A DNA stretch of 64,000 bases from Diplonema japonicum (Eukaryota; Protista; Euglenozoa: Diplonemea). A model generated the notes under the pieces. That model saw only the letters and a list, made by a program, of their open reading frames with translations. It was not told the origin of the DNA and ran no database searches. The stretch lies in NCBI GenBank assembly GCA_964019335.1, contig OZ025716.1, forward strand, positions 310,001 to 374,000, in the 5' to 3' direction. The translations under genes and the position numbers were made by a program. How positions within the stretch are numbered: the stretch's first letter is position 1; each line of letters begins with the position of its first letter. Positions 42,399-54,000 of the stretch are shown here, one piece after another.

Positions 42399-43196
42399 AT
42401 GGTGGATTACTCCAAATTTGACAAGATAGCAATGGAGATCGATGAGGAGGAGGAAGAGAGAAAGCCGAAGGTGACGAGGCTGGAGGGCAAGACGACGGTG
42501 AGCGTCGGGAAGGATGGAAAGCTGGAGTTTTCAAAAAACGAGCCTTCTAAAAAGAAGCTCTCGACAGGTTTAGACTACAGCAAATGGGACAAAATCGAGG
42601 TAAGTGACGACGAGGATCCGGAGGAAGAGGAAGAAGAAGAAATGCAACAACAACAACAACAACAACAACAACAAACTACCACCACCACCACACCCACCGC
42701 CCCAACAGTTCCTAAAGAGAAAAAATCATTAACACATAACGGCGGCTCCCACGAGGGAAAATACTTCTGGAGCCAAACCGCATCAGAGGTAACTATATAT
42801 TTCCCTGTCCCCGCTGCAACAAAAGGGAAGCAGGTCTCATTGAAGGTAGCCACCTCCTCTATTTCAGTCGAGCTGTCTGGGAGTGGGTGTCTCCTCCCGT
42901 TCTCAGCCACTGCCTTCCCCATCGACCTCGATGACGTCTCTGACCAGTCGGACATTGACTGGGAACTCATCACTCACGAAGGGCAGAAACTTCTTCGAGT
43001 TACTCTGAAGAAGCAAGCACCGCCCAACACTACACCCTGGTGGGACAGGGTCTTCACGGTGGAGGACCGTATCAACCCGGATACCATTAAAGACAGGTCG
43101 GCGGCAAAGGCGGAGCAATCGAAAAAGGTTTGGGAGGAAGCTCACAAAATGTTCCTCGAAAAGGTCAAGAACCGCGCCCCCCCTGAGGAGGTATAA
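42399..43196 (+). CDS. NudC/CS (p23-like) domain co-chaperone
   Basis: HNGG..KYFWSQTASEVTIYFPVP..LRVTLKK..WWDRV; two DYSK(F/W)D motifs; poly-Q/T tract. Confidence 0.85.
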   Translation: MVDYSKFDKIAMEIDEEEEERKPKVTRLEGKTTVSVGKDGKLEFSKNEPSKKKLSTGLDYSKWDKIEVSDDEDPEEEEEEEMQQQQQQQQQQTTTTTTPTAPTVPKEKKSLTHNGGSHEGKYFWSQTASEVTIYFPVPAATKGKQVSLKVATSSISVELSGSGCLLPFSATAFPIDLDDVSDQSDIDWELITHEGQKLLRVTLKKQAPPNTTPWWDRVFTVEDRINPDTIKDRSAAKAEQSKKVWEEAHKMFLEKVKNRAPPEEV

Positions 43197-43329
43197 AAAA
43201 AAAAAAAAAAAAAAAAGAAAATTCGCATATCATCTTTTTTTTTATTCTTTTTTTTTTTCCCTCACCGTTATATTCAAGAAAAACAAAGAAGGAAAAAAAA
43301 AAAAAAAAAAAAAAAAAAAGAAAATATAT

Positions 43330-44505
43330 ATGGATCTCCAAAGTATGATGACCGGCATCGCAGTCGGGCTGCTCACAGCAGGTATGATATGGCGTTCATT
43401 CCGGTTTCGCGGGCTGCGAATAACGTACACGGAAGAAGATTCCCACCAGAAAGTACTGGATTTTATAGAAGCCGCCAAAGGGATGAAGTACTTTCCAACG
43501 TGGTACCTGGCGGGAGGCGTCCTCCAAACAGCAACAGCGGACATGCCGTACATGAGAGACGTAAAGTACAAGAGGGAAACCCTGTACCTAGACGAGGAAA
43601 GCTTCACTGACGAGGAAAAAAAACACTTCTGCTGCCCCGACGTCGTCCCAAAAGGAACAGTAACCCTCGATTGGATGGTCACAGAAAACACAGGCCCCAT
43701 TGTAGTCATCGTTCCCGGGCTCACAGGACAGTCAGATTCCGCTTATGTCCAACGAACTGCAATGGAACTTGCCTTGGCACGGGAAAGGTATCAACCCTGT
43801 GTTTTCAACCCACGAGGCCGAGGGGGTGTCCAGCTTGAGACTCCATTTTTGTACTCCTGCGGGTACACCCACGATTTCAGAAGAGCAATGCAGCACATCA
43901 AAACCACAAAAACCGAAAAAATCCTCGCAGTGGGGTTCTCAATGGGTGCTAATTACCTGGCGAAGTACATGGGCGAGGAGAAGTCGAAGAGTTTGGTTGA
44001 GGGCGCGTGTTGCTTGGCTGGTCCAGTTGATTGCCCTGAACTGATGGAGAATCTTACAAAAGGCGTTCTTGGAAAATATCTGTTTGACCCGTTTTTGACA
44101 AAATCTCTGCACAGGGTGAGAGAGACCGTAGGCCGTGTGTTTGAGGAGATACCGCATCCTGGTGTAGATGTGGACGAGCTGAAGAAAGCGACGACACTTT
44201 GGGAGTTCGACAATCGCGTAACGGCACCCACGATGGGCTGCAGGGATGCAGATGATTATTATGACCAGTCTTCTTGCATGAGGTTTTTGGAGCACATCTC
44301 ACACCCAACTATGTTTCTTCATGCTGAAAATGATCCCATAGTCCCTGCAAGATGCCTCCCGTATTTGCATTTCAAGCAGAATCCAAATATCGTTTCATTG
44401 GTGACTACGTCCGGAGGCCACTCCATGGCGTGGCCTACTGGTACTACAATGGAACCCTGGTCGCCTTCTGTGTGTATTGAATTCTTCAGGAAGACTGCTC
44501 ATTAA
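43330..44505 (+). CDS. Alpha/beta hydrolase, YheT/ABHD1-3/Eht1 family
   Basis: PGLTG.S..YV, FNPRG, GFSMG nucleophile, AENDPIV, GGH; N-terminal TM. Confidence 0.92.
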   Translation: MDLQSMMTGIAVGLLTAGMIWRSFRFRGLRITYTEEDSHQKVLDFIEAAKGMKYFPTWYLAGGVLQTATADMPYMRDVKYKRETLYLDEESFTDEEKKHFCCPDVVPKGTVTLDWMVTENTGPIVVIVPGLTGQSDSAYVQRTAMELALARERYQPCVFNPRGRGGVQLETPFLYSCGYTHDFRRAMQHIKTTKTEKILAVGFSMGANYLAKYMGEEKSKSLVEGACCLAGPVDCPELMENLTKGVLGKYLFDPFLTKSLHRVRETVGRVFEEIPHPGVDVDELKKATTLWEFDNRVTAPTMGCRDADDYYDQSSCMRFLEHISHPTMFLHAENDPIVPARCLPYLHFKQNPNIVSLVTTSGGHSMAWPTGTTMEPWSPSVCIEFFRKTAH

Positions 44506-44513
44506 TAGATATA

Positions 44514-44563
<50 letters not shown>

Positions 44564-45190
44564 CCAATTTGGAGAAGGCTGGGCAGGCTGAAGGAGCTAA
44601 CAACCAGTCTGATTTTTCCACGCCTTTTTCTTTTTTTTTCATTGCTTTAGCCCCCTCCCCCCCTTCCCCTCTCCATCATTGTGATTTTTTTTTCTTTTTT
44701 TTTTTTTTTTTTTCGGGTTAACCTTTTTTTTTCTTTGTTGTCTCCTCCCATTTCTTCCCTCTCCCTCCCCCTTTTTTTTTTTGCTTTAATTTGAAGAAAA
44801 TAAAGCAGGAGATTTATTTTATTTTTTTTTTGAAAAAAAAAAATATCATGGTGCCGGAAAAAAAAAAAAAAAAAAAAAAAAAAGAACGAAGTTTCGCAGT
44901 TTCTTTTTTTTTTCTTCTTTTTTTTTTTCTTCGGCCAAACAACATGGTGGGAACGGTGGGTCAAACAAACTAAGCAGAGGGGTTTTCCTCTTTTGTTTTT
45001 GTTTTGTTTTTAACAATAATATTACAATATTATTGTCGAAACAAAACTAAAACTAGATGGCAGCGCAATGAGCTATTTTATTAGAATAAAATACCGCTCG
45101 TGAACTAATGAAGCGCCAAAAACTATTTTTTTTTTTCCCTTTTTGCGCAAGAGTTTTTGCATCATGATAGTTACAATAATGGTAACAATA

Positions 45191-45330
45191 ATTCTTTGAC
45201 TTTTTGTTTAGACAAAAAAAAAAAAAAAAGAGAAGAAAAAAAAAAGAGGAAAGGGGAAATCGTTGGCAACGTGTTTTTATTTTTTTATTTTCGGGTTATG
45301 AAATTTTTCTCCAGATTTCCCAGTTTCCTC
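45191..45330 (+). repeat. Degenerate family A repeat with expanded homopolymers
   Basis: CTTTGAC..GGGGAAATCGTTGGCAACGTG..TTCGGGTT..TCTCCAG..AGTTTCCTC. Confidence 0.6.
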
Positions 45331-45396
45331 ATTTTCTTTTTTTTTTTTTTTTTGTCTTTCCTTTTTCGCTGTAACGAACCCTTATTAAATATCTTT

Positions 45397-45430
<34 letters not shown>

Positions 45431-45771
45431 CCGGAAAAAAAAAAAAAAAAAAAAAAAAAGCCTGATTTCACAGAAAATTAGTGCCCTTCCCCCCCTTGTC
45501 TACCCTCCCCTTTCCCCTCCCCTCCTCTCCTCTACCCCCATTTTTATTCCTGAGTTTTTTGGTTTTGGTATTCAAAATATGGCTAATGGGTAAAATGCGG
45601 CAACACAAAATCTTTTTTTTTTCCTTTTCTGGTACAATGTGCTGTGTAACTTGGTAAAGGTGATTTTGTTGTCATTTTTTATTTTTTTGGGGGGGGAGGA
45701 GGTTGTCACAGGGGAAAAGAACAGGCAAAATGTTTTGTCATCGAAAGAATTTTTTTCTTTTTTAAAGTAGC

Positions 45772-45891
45772 CAAGCTGGGGAGGAGGCCGGCACGACCAC
45801 CGAAGAAGGAGAAGCCGCTGCTGAAGGGGGATAGATGCAGGTGGTAGAGGATGAGAACAAGGGGGCGTCTCACAAAGACTTCCTTTAACTC

Positions 45892-45924
<33 letters not shown>

Positions 45925-45925
45925 T
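45772..45925 (+). repeat. Probable retroelement 3'-end remnant
   Basis: Purine-rich coding-like stretch ending CACAAAGACTTCCTTTAACTCA(TA)n(T)n; tail motif recurs at ~60876-60904 and ~62435-62463. Confidence 0.5.
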
Positions 45926-46709
45926 AAAATCGTATTTGAGATGGTAAAACGCCAAAACAAAAAAAGAATGAAAAAGAAAAAAAGAAGATACTAGTAATAA
46001 TAAATAAAACACGAGATTTAGTCTAAAAGAAATTTTAAAAAAAGTTTTTTTTTTTTTGTGGGCCGTTGTGGTCCATTTGATTTTTCCCAATGAAAACTTT
46101 TAACATACAGATTTACAACACTTGGGTGGCAGCCCCCAGCCTCATTACTTTTGGACCTCTCTAAGGAGGATTTCGTGTATTAGAACGTACCCGAAAACCA
46201 CGGGGCTTTGGGTGCTAAATGCTGGCAAATCTGGAAAATCCAAAAAAATCAATTACCCCCCCTAGCAAAAAAAAAAGAGAGAATTAAATGACTGTGATGG
46301 TGTTCACCCAAAAGAATCAAGAATTAGCAGAGTCCCCCCCCCCCCCCCCCCCCATGTGCTCTCATTCTTCTTCTTTTTTTTAATAGAAAAGAAAAAGGCT
46401 TTTTTTTTCTTTCTCTTTTGATATTGGTCTCTTCCCTCAAATCTCCTTTCCTCGCCACTTTCCTTTCCCCCCCCCCCCCTTCCCCCTCTCCCCCTTTCTT
46501 TTTTTTTCTTGAAGAAATGAAAGACAAGGATGAAAAAAAAGAAAAAGAAAGAAAAAAAAAAAAGAGCAGCTGCGTGTCTCTGTGACCCCCCTTTTTTTTT
46601 ACATTTTTTTTTCTCCTTCTTTTTTTTATTATTATAAATTGGGGCAAACCCACTACCGACAAAATTTACATTTCACAGGCGGGGAAATAAAAAAAAAAAA
46701 AAAAAGAAA

Positions 46710-47691
46710 ATGCCTGTAGACGACACAGATGCCTTTTTTGAGTCGGAAAAAAGCCTCATAAAGACAGAAGTGAGGACCATTGAGAGCATTGTTGAACAGG
46801 CAGTCAAGGCGGCGAATGGAGGGAGAATCGCGGTCGTAACCAGCGGCGGCACACAGGTTCCTCTGGAGAGGAACGAAGTTCGCTGCATGTCGAACTTCTC
46901 AACGGGGAACCGCGGCGCTGCCAGCACCGAGAGATTCCTAGAGGCCGGCTACACAGTAATCTTCGTGAACAAATCAGGGAGCATCCAACCATGGACAAGA
47001 AGATTCGACACCATCGGAGAAAATACACTATTCTCCCAGTTAACTCTCTCAGACGACCGCTCTGTAAAGATAACAGGCGAGCACACCGAACTTGTCGCCG
47101 CCACGCTGCAAGAGGCACATCGTTACAAAGACAACCTTTTCAAGCTTCCATTCAAGAATCTCGTGGAATATCTCTTCCTCATAAAGCAGGTCGGCATAGC
47201 TCTGCACAAAAACCTCGACAAGAAGACCTCCTCAGTTTCGTACTATCTTGCCGCTGCAGTCTCCGATTACTACATTCCTTGGGAGGACCTGGCTGAGCAC
47301 AAGATTCAAAGCCGTTCGGGAGATTCCACATTGTCGCTTACTTTCAACAAGACGCCCAAGGTGCTGGGGCATATCAACACCATTTGGTGTCCGGGGTGCA
47401 TGATGGTCAGTTTTAAGCTTGAAACAGATGTGTCGATATTAAAGGACAAGGCGCTTCAGTCCCTGGATCTTTACAAGGGCTTCCTCTGTGTGGCAAACAT
47501 CCTGCAAACTTACAAGAAGGAGTGCTGGATGTATTCCGGGGCCGACCCGTCGCGTGCTGGACACCACATTACCCTCCGAGGCACCGACATTGAGGTACAT
47601 ATAAATTTTAAAAAAAAAAAAAAAAGAAAATTAACAGGAGGACATTGTGAAGTACATTGCAGTGGAGCACACCAAGTATCTTGGTGAATAA
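46710..47691 (+). CDS. PPCS: Phosphopantothenate-cysteine ligase; exons 46710-47594 and 47638-47691
   Basis: [57 protein letters not shown]. Confidence 0.95.
47595..47637 (+). other. Intron (43 nt, GT-AG, poly-A rich)
   Basis: GTACAT...TAACAG; removal gives [17 protein letters not shown], a PPCS-like C-terminus. Confidence 0.85.
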
Positions 47692-48096
47692 GAATTTGCT
47701 TTTGTAGTGTGCCCTCTCTTCTTTTCTTTCATTTGTGGTGAGTAAAAAAAAAGGGGGGAGAATGATGAAATAGGACGATTGAATTCTATGCCGGAGGGTG
47801 AGTGGGAATACACTGCGGCACGCTGCTTAATATTGCCGAACGAAGTTCTGATGATGAGCTTCTCTTCGTGAAAAAAGAAAAAAAAGACAGAAAAAAAAGC
47901 AGTCTTCCTTCCCTCAGTGTGCCGACACTTGTTACATTGACAACGGGGCCAGCACTTCAGAAGCTAGGTCCCCGGAGGATGGATTTGTTTGGAACAAGGC
48001 TTTTCTCAGCCGACGGTTTTTCAATGGTGTTGCCCCCTTGCCCCCCTCCCCTCCCCCTCACCGTGATTTACTTTAACTCATGTATAGGTAACTCGT

Positions 48097-51000
48097 ATGA
48101 AACACTATTTCATCCCCCAGGCCGAGGGGCCCGCGCTGTGTTGTGTGTGTGGGCGCGACAAGAAGAACGGTATACACAAGGGGATACTTAAACACCAGGC
48201 TGCAACGCTGTTCAGCAAGTATATAGGCGGCTATATCACCGGAGCAAGCCCACCGAACGACGCTGCGGCATTGCTTAACCATGAAGACGGCTATCATGCT
48301 GCCAGCAAGCTAGGAGCGTTATGCCGGGATAGCCAAGATCGGTATCTGTACGCCACTTCAGGCGTCCTTCTCTGCGTGGATAGGTGTCTGAATCCCAACG
48401 TTGTTCGTTTAGCGTTCCTGCCGTACTTTTCGCGTTTCCCCTACGCCGCCATGCGATACCTTGCTTCGCACTATGTACAGGAAACCTCGAAAATGGTAAG
48501 CGAGACTGTAAAACGGAATACCAGGTTTTTAGATTATCTTATTTATTTGTGCCCTTTTGAAGTAGCATGTATCTGCATGAGCCCCGACACGGATTCCTTG
48601 AACGAGCTTCTGAAGCGAAGGGGCAAGCTGGCGCCTCTGGAACTCGAAAATCTGCTGCGCAACTTCCGGTGGCTCTCCAACGACATCAAGACCAGCGTGC
48701 TCAAAGTCTTGATGACTTCGCAGGAAATGACCCCTGCTGACTTCTGGACCACCGCGCTCAAACAGGACTCTGAACTTGCAGAGTTGTTGTTTTTGCGCAT
48801 GAGGTCCGACATCACATCTAGTGCTGACTTCTCTTACACACACAGAACTAGGGAGACGGCTGATGTCTTTCTCGCTGCTGGGCGATGCAAGTATGTCAGG
48901 GACATTGTGGCAGAGTTCTGGGTGACGGCACCCATAAATCTAGTGCGCAGGGCATTCAAGGAAGGGTTCGAGCCTCAGCACGGCAGACTTATTTTAGCAA
49001 ACACCCACACTCCGAACCCAGACAGTGTCAGAGACTTAGCAAGGCTTTTTGATCATCTGCAGGTTAGCAAGAGCCCGAAGTCAATGGAAGAAGTTGTGAG
49101 ATCTGTGAAGAATCTTAGAGAAGATGAAATGGGAAAGGTGCTTAGGGCATTCGTGAACAGCAGCTGGTGCTCCATGTGCGAAAAGGACATAGTGGTAGAT
49201 CTCGTCAGCTGCCATCTGAGTTTCCAGCTTTCTTCCGGAACTCGCCTCAAGAAGGCCTTGTGCATCATGCACCATGAGGTGCTGTTGCTGGACATCTCTG
49301 ACATGGGTTCTGTCTGCAATGTGCTGGCTCACACAACAGGAATACACGACATGCGGGAGATGTACGATGGGTTGCTTGATGACAACTTCTTGTGGATCGA
49401 AGAGAGCGGCTGCCCAACACTCGCGTTCCATGTGTTCAAGTGCTGGTTCGACGTGTGCTGCAGTGAAGTGGCGAAGTCGCAAGACCTTAAACGGCGTGCG
49501 ATAGATAGCTTGAAGAATCTTCCGCGAGCGAAAACCCAGACAGTTAAGATCGGAAAGGCACTCCTTGTGTCATGTTTTCTGCACGCGCTGTTGAAGCTGG
49601 ACGACTTTGCAACATCCGAAATACTGGTGAAGTGTCTCCCTGAGAACTGGAAGCATCCTTGCTTGAGCGTTCTGCCTGATCCCGTATCCGGCATGCTTGC
49701 AACCGTCAAGCAGCAGTGCTACGACACCGCAACAAGAGCAACCTTGGAGAAGGACCTCGAGAGACTAAGCTACTTTAAGACATACGATTCAAGTGTCATG
49801 AAAGATTGCAAGATGGAGGTTTGCATCAGAGATATGCTTCAGCAGATGGAACAGTGCTCTCGTTTGCTGGATCACATAAGGAGGGACTTTGATTTTTTGC
49901 GTTGGCAGAATCTTTCATGCACAACCGTTCCTAATGATAACCTGCAGTTTCAGCACCTTTTTAACGATTGCGGGAGGTACACAGACATGCTGGAACAGGA
50001 GTGTGGAGGGGCGGAGGCGGTGGTGTTTCTGAGAGGTGCACTGACAGACACCCCATCGGAGAAGCCAAGCCAGATCGTGCGGCAGATCATGTGGTTAGAA
50101 TCACAAAAGTCCCCGGGGAGACAACTTAGTGAGATCTTGTCCTCCGCACGATATTCTTTGAAGTCCCTCTTGGAAAGAAAGGAGTACAGGAAGCTTGAGT
50201 TCGGTGTGTTCAACAGGGACGAGGAGGAGAAGGTCCTGACACCGCTGACTGAGGCGAATGAGCGGGATGTGCGTGAGGTTTTGCGATACCTCAGTCTCTC
50301 TTGTCACAAGGACAAGTTACTGGAAGGCTTAGGGAAGGTTATGGGGTTTCCTCCTACAGATGAAGACATTGTTAAGATTATGAATGATGACTTTCGCTGT
50401 CTGCTCGATCTCAGCGAGCAGCAAGTGGAGTTTCTCTGTGAGGTGGCCAACGATTCGGAGCTGGTGGCGTACGTGCGGGACAACGCTGAGGAACTGGGGC
50501 AGAAGCAGTGGCTCGACGACAGCGAGATCAGCAACATCGACGAAGCGTCGCGTCTCTTGCTCGTCGGGTTCCAGACGGTGCTCCCCGTCATGCTGCTGTG
50601 CTGCGCGAAGAACCCTAGCAGAAGCTTCCTAGACTTCATGAAGCAGCTAAACTTGTTCCAAACGGGCATAAACATCAGAGTTGTCAGGGACTGCAACAAG
50701 AACATCGACATCCTCCAAGACCTGGTTCGCAAGGGCCACAAGGCGTCTGTTGTTCAGGTGATGCAGAACGGACTTGAGTCGATTGCGGAAAGGATTCAGG
50801 AAGGGAGTGCATGTCATTACGAGCTTGCCATCTGTCGGGAAGGACAGAAGATGGCCTCAATCAGAGATCAGAATGACAAGCAAGTCGTTGCTGACCTGTC
50901 GGGGAGACGGTTTGAGGAGTTCATGAGGTACCTTGTGGCAGGGTTCACGGTGCAGGCTTATGGCAAGGCTCCAAAAAAGCAGTCTGTAGCAAGGGCGCTG

Positions 51001-54000
51001 CTGGCGATCGATGCAGAAGCTGACGAACACGAGAGGATTGTGCGGAAGCTGCGTGATCTCGGGCACCCGAGGTACTGCAAGGAGTACACAAGGACATGGG
51101 ACATTGGAGTGCAAGAGATGGGAACCGGCAACAAGGAGCTTCAGCTGGTATACGAGAGACTTGTGAAACTGCAAGGGGAGGCGCTGGAGAAGTACTGTGT
51201 CTTGCACCTTCTGCCAAGGAGGCATGCAACGGGGCTACTGATGCAAGACGATGAATGCGGCGACCTCGAGTTAGAGGGGGTGGTGAGGACCCTCGGACGG
51301 GAGCTATGCACTGTGCGGGATGAGGAGTTCTACCTGCGTTCGAAGCCTCTCCACTCACTCTTGGATCTGGGGGAAGCGTTAAACGGTGCGCTGGATCTGC
51401 AGGTGGGTAATCTAGAGGCAGCTCCGGAACAGTCGCGACTCAGGGTGATCCGTTACAGCTCGGGTGAAGACGGAGAAGTCGGTGCGCTATCCTTCGGCGA
51501 AATGATGGGGGTCGTAGAGGGGTCTGTCACCCGGAAGCGACATTGCTTTGAGGTGATCGAGCTAGAGGGCGGGATGTCTGTGACGAACATGCAGGTGCTC
51601 GTAGACAGGGTGAGAAAGTACCCTGGGGGGAGCTACGTTTTCTTTGGAGTGGAACACTTAAGCCAACAAGCACGCTATGTATTGGGGCAGCTTGTCCAAG
51701 AATGGAAGGACTCCCAAAACAGTACGGACGAGAAGTGTTTTGAGGAGGTGAAGGTGGATGTGACGATCTGCTGTACTGGGCTTGTCACCGACCTTGTGCG
51801 GTCGGGTGCGGAGCTTGTCACCAGCGCTGCAGAGAGACACGTGACAGGGGACGAGCAATGGAAAACAAGATTTGAGCTGGTGGTTGGGGCTCCTGGGATG
51901 GGAAAGAGCACAAGGTGCAAGAAAGAGTCTCAGCACGTGGTGGACCTGGACCTTCCAGAGGAGATTCCAAGGGTGCTCCAGGACTTCCTTGGTCGCTTTG
52001 TGAATACGCCGGAGTGCACGGATACTGTGTGGGTGAAGGTGGCTGAGGTGATGCTGCTTCCGAAGAACCTGTTGCGTTTGAACCTTACCTTGATACGGTT
52101 GCTGTGTTTCCTCTGGTTCCCGGATGCGTCAGGGCTGCCTCTTCTTGTCCCTGAGGGGATGCGCTTTATGGTGGAACTCCCTTGCCTCGAAAAGGACCTT
52201 CGCAGATACGTTCCTACGCTGTGGGAGGGTGCGAAGGTGACGGAGCTGAGCACGGAAAGCATCGAGAAGCGTCTGACAATCGAGGCAGGCAGCGACGTGC
52301 ACTACTTAGGATGGCTCTTCAGGAAGGTCCGCAAGGGGGAATTGTCAAGGCTTCTCGAGATAGACCAGGTGCTGTATCAGGATTCGTGTCCGTCGCTTGG
52401 CAGCATTTTTGAAAAGGAGACAGATCTACCGAAGACGGTCAAAAAAGATTTGTTGCAAAGGACTCCCTCTGAGTTCAAGGCAAACTTCACTTTGCTCAAC
52501 AACTGGCTTGCTCTTGCGGCTACCCACCTGAGCTCTACGCGGGGGTATAGGTTCCCCTCCTTTATGTGGCAATGCAACAAAGGGTGCGGGAGGACGTGCA
52601 TGAGGCAAAGCCACATGGTTTCCATGGAAGATGTACTTGTAGGACCTGATGACTCGTTCCTGTCCAGAAACCTTGATCAGGTCTCGCTGCTTGTGCGACC
52701 TGGACAAGAACTGTCGCACGATGCTGTGAAAGGACTTGGAACCATCCTTCTGACCCACAACGATTTGGATGTAACGGAGATACGGTACAACAAGCCTGAC
52801 AGACTTCAGCAGCTGATGTTCAGTGTCCAGGAGGAAAGTCTGGAAAACGCCAGGCAAATGGCTCAGGAACACTCAACTCATGATGGTGACATCACACAAG
52901 ACACCTTGCAGATGGCTCAGATATTGACAAACGGGAAGAGAGGAGGGATCTTGGACGTGCACGAAGCTCTTGATCTGGGTCTGAAGTTCATCACAACAAG
53001 CGACACTGTTCCTAGGATGCTGTCCATCAGGGAGCGAATGAAGGCGAAAGCTGCGCTTGTGCTTGGAGCAGGACAGGCGACGGGAAGACGCACACACTCA
53101 AGGCAGCCCAAGAAGTACAGCGCAAGGACATGCGGAGGCGGGCGGAGACTCTGGTGTTCACGTACCTAGAAAAATGTGCTTTGAACTTTATACAAACAGC
53201 AGATTGTAACACGGTACGCGAAGTCTTGAGCTGGTTGGGCAGGCACCGGGACGGTCAAAAGGTGCTTGCGAAGGTGCACGAGTGCATCGAACTACTCCTG
53301 CAGGAGAAGCCGCCGTTCCTGAGCTGGGACAGAAAGCTGAAGGCCAACTTACACAAGCATAGCCTTGATGACCTGGCAGACCTGCTGCTGAATTTTCAAA
53401 TCTCCAGCACCTTCTTCAAGCTACTGGTACACCCTGGGATGACCTGCAACGAACTGGCAGCCTTCATGAGGCCCGCCATCGAAGTGGCAAACCAGCTCAA
53501 GGCTGCAAAATGGGAGGTGGTGGTGACTGTGTTTCTGGACGAGTTCAACACGTCACGCATCCCCGGAGTACTGGAGACACTGGTCTGCAACAAGCGGATA
53601 GCCGGGCAGGAGGTCCCGGAGAACATCTTCTTCGCGGCGTCTATAAACCCCTCAGGGGTGCAGGGGTACAACGTGGGAAAGCTGCCTCAGTCCATGATGG
53701 CAATGAGGCAGGTCTTGCGCCCCTTAGGCGAGTCGGACAAGAGGAAGTACATCCGAAATGCCATCTTACAGAGATCGTTCCAGGGAGAAGACGAAGTGGT
53801 GGAACTAGCGCTGGTGGGGTACAGCTGCCTGGAAGATTGGTACGAAGAGAGCACGAGAGGGGACGGGAAGCGGCAGCGGTGCGTGGTGAGCCAGCGCGAC
53901 ATCCAGAGGATAGGGAAGGTAGCAGAGACCATCGAGTACCTGAGCTGGCTTGCAGTGGAGGGACTAGGCGGAGAAGGAGAGAGGACAGTCAACAGCTACG

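Noticed and set aside
46140-46230. Weak similarity to the reverse complement of 63530-63600 and to 11821-11860
   Set aside because: Too patchy to support by eye
28250-46662. Poly-K/poly-F ORFs in spacers and N-terminal extensions of ORF calls
   Set aside because: Translations of A/T homopolymers; starts were reset to the ATG after the A tract
47848-47875. CTGATGA...GAAA hammerhead-like core
   Set aside because: Stem II does not close properly and no stems I/III were found
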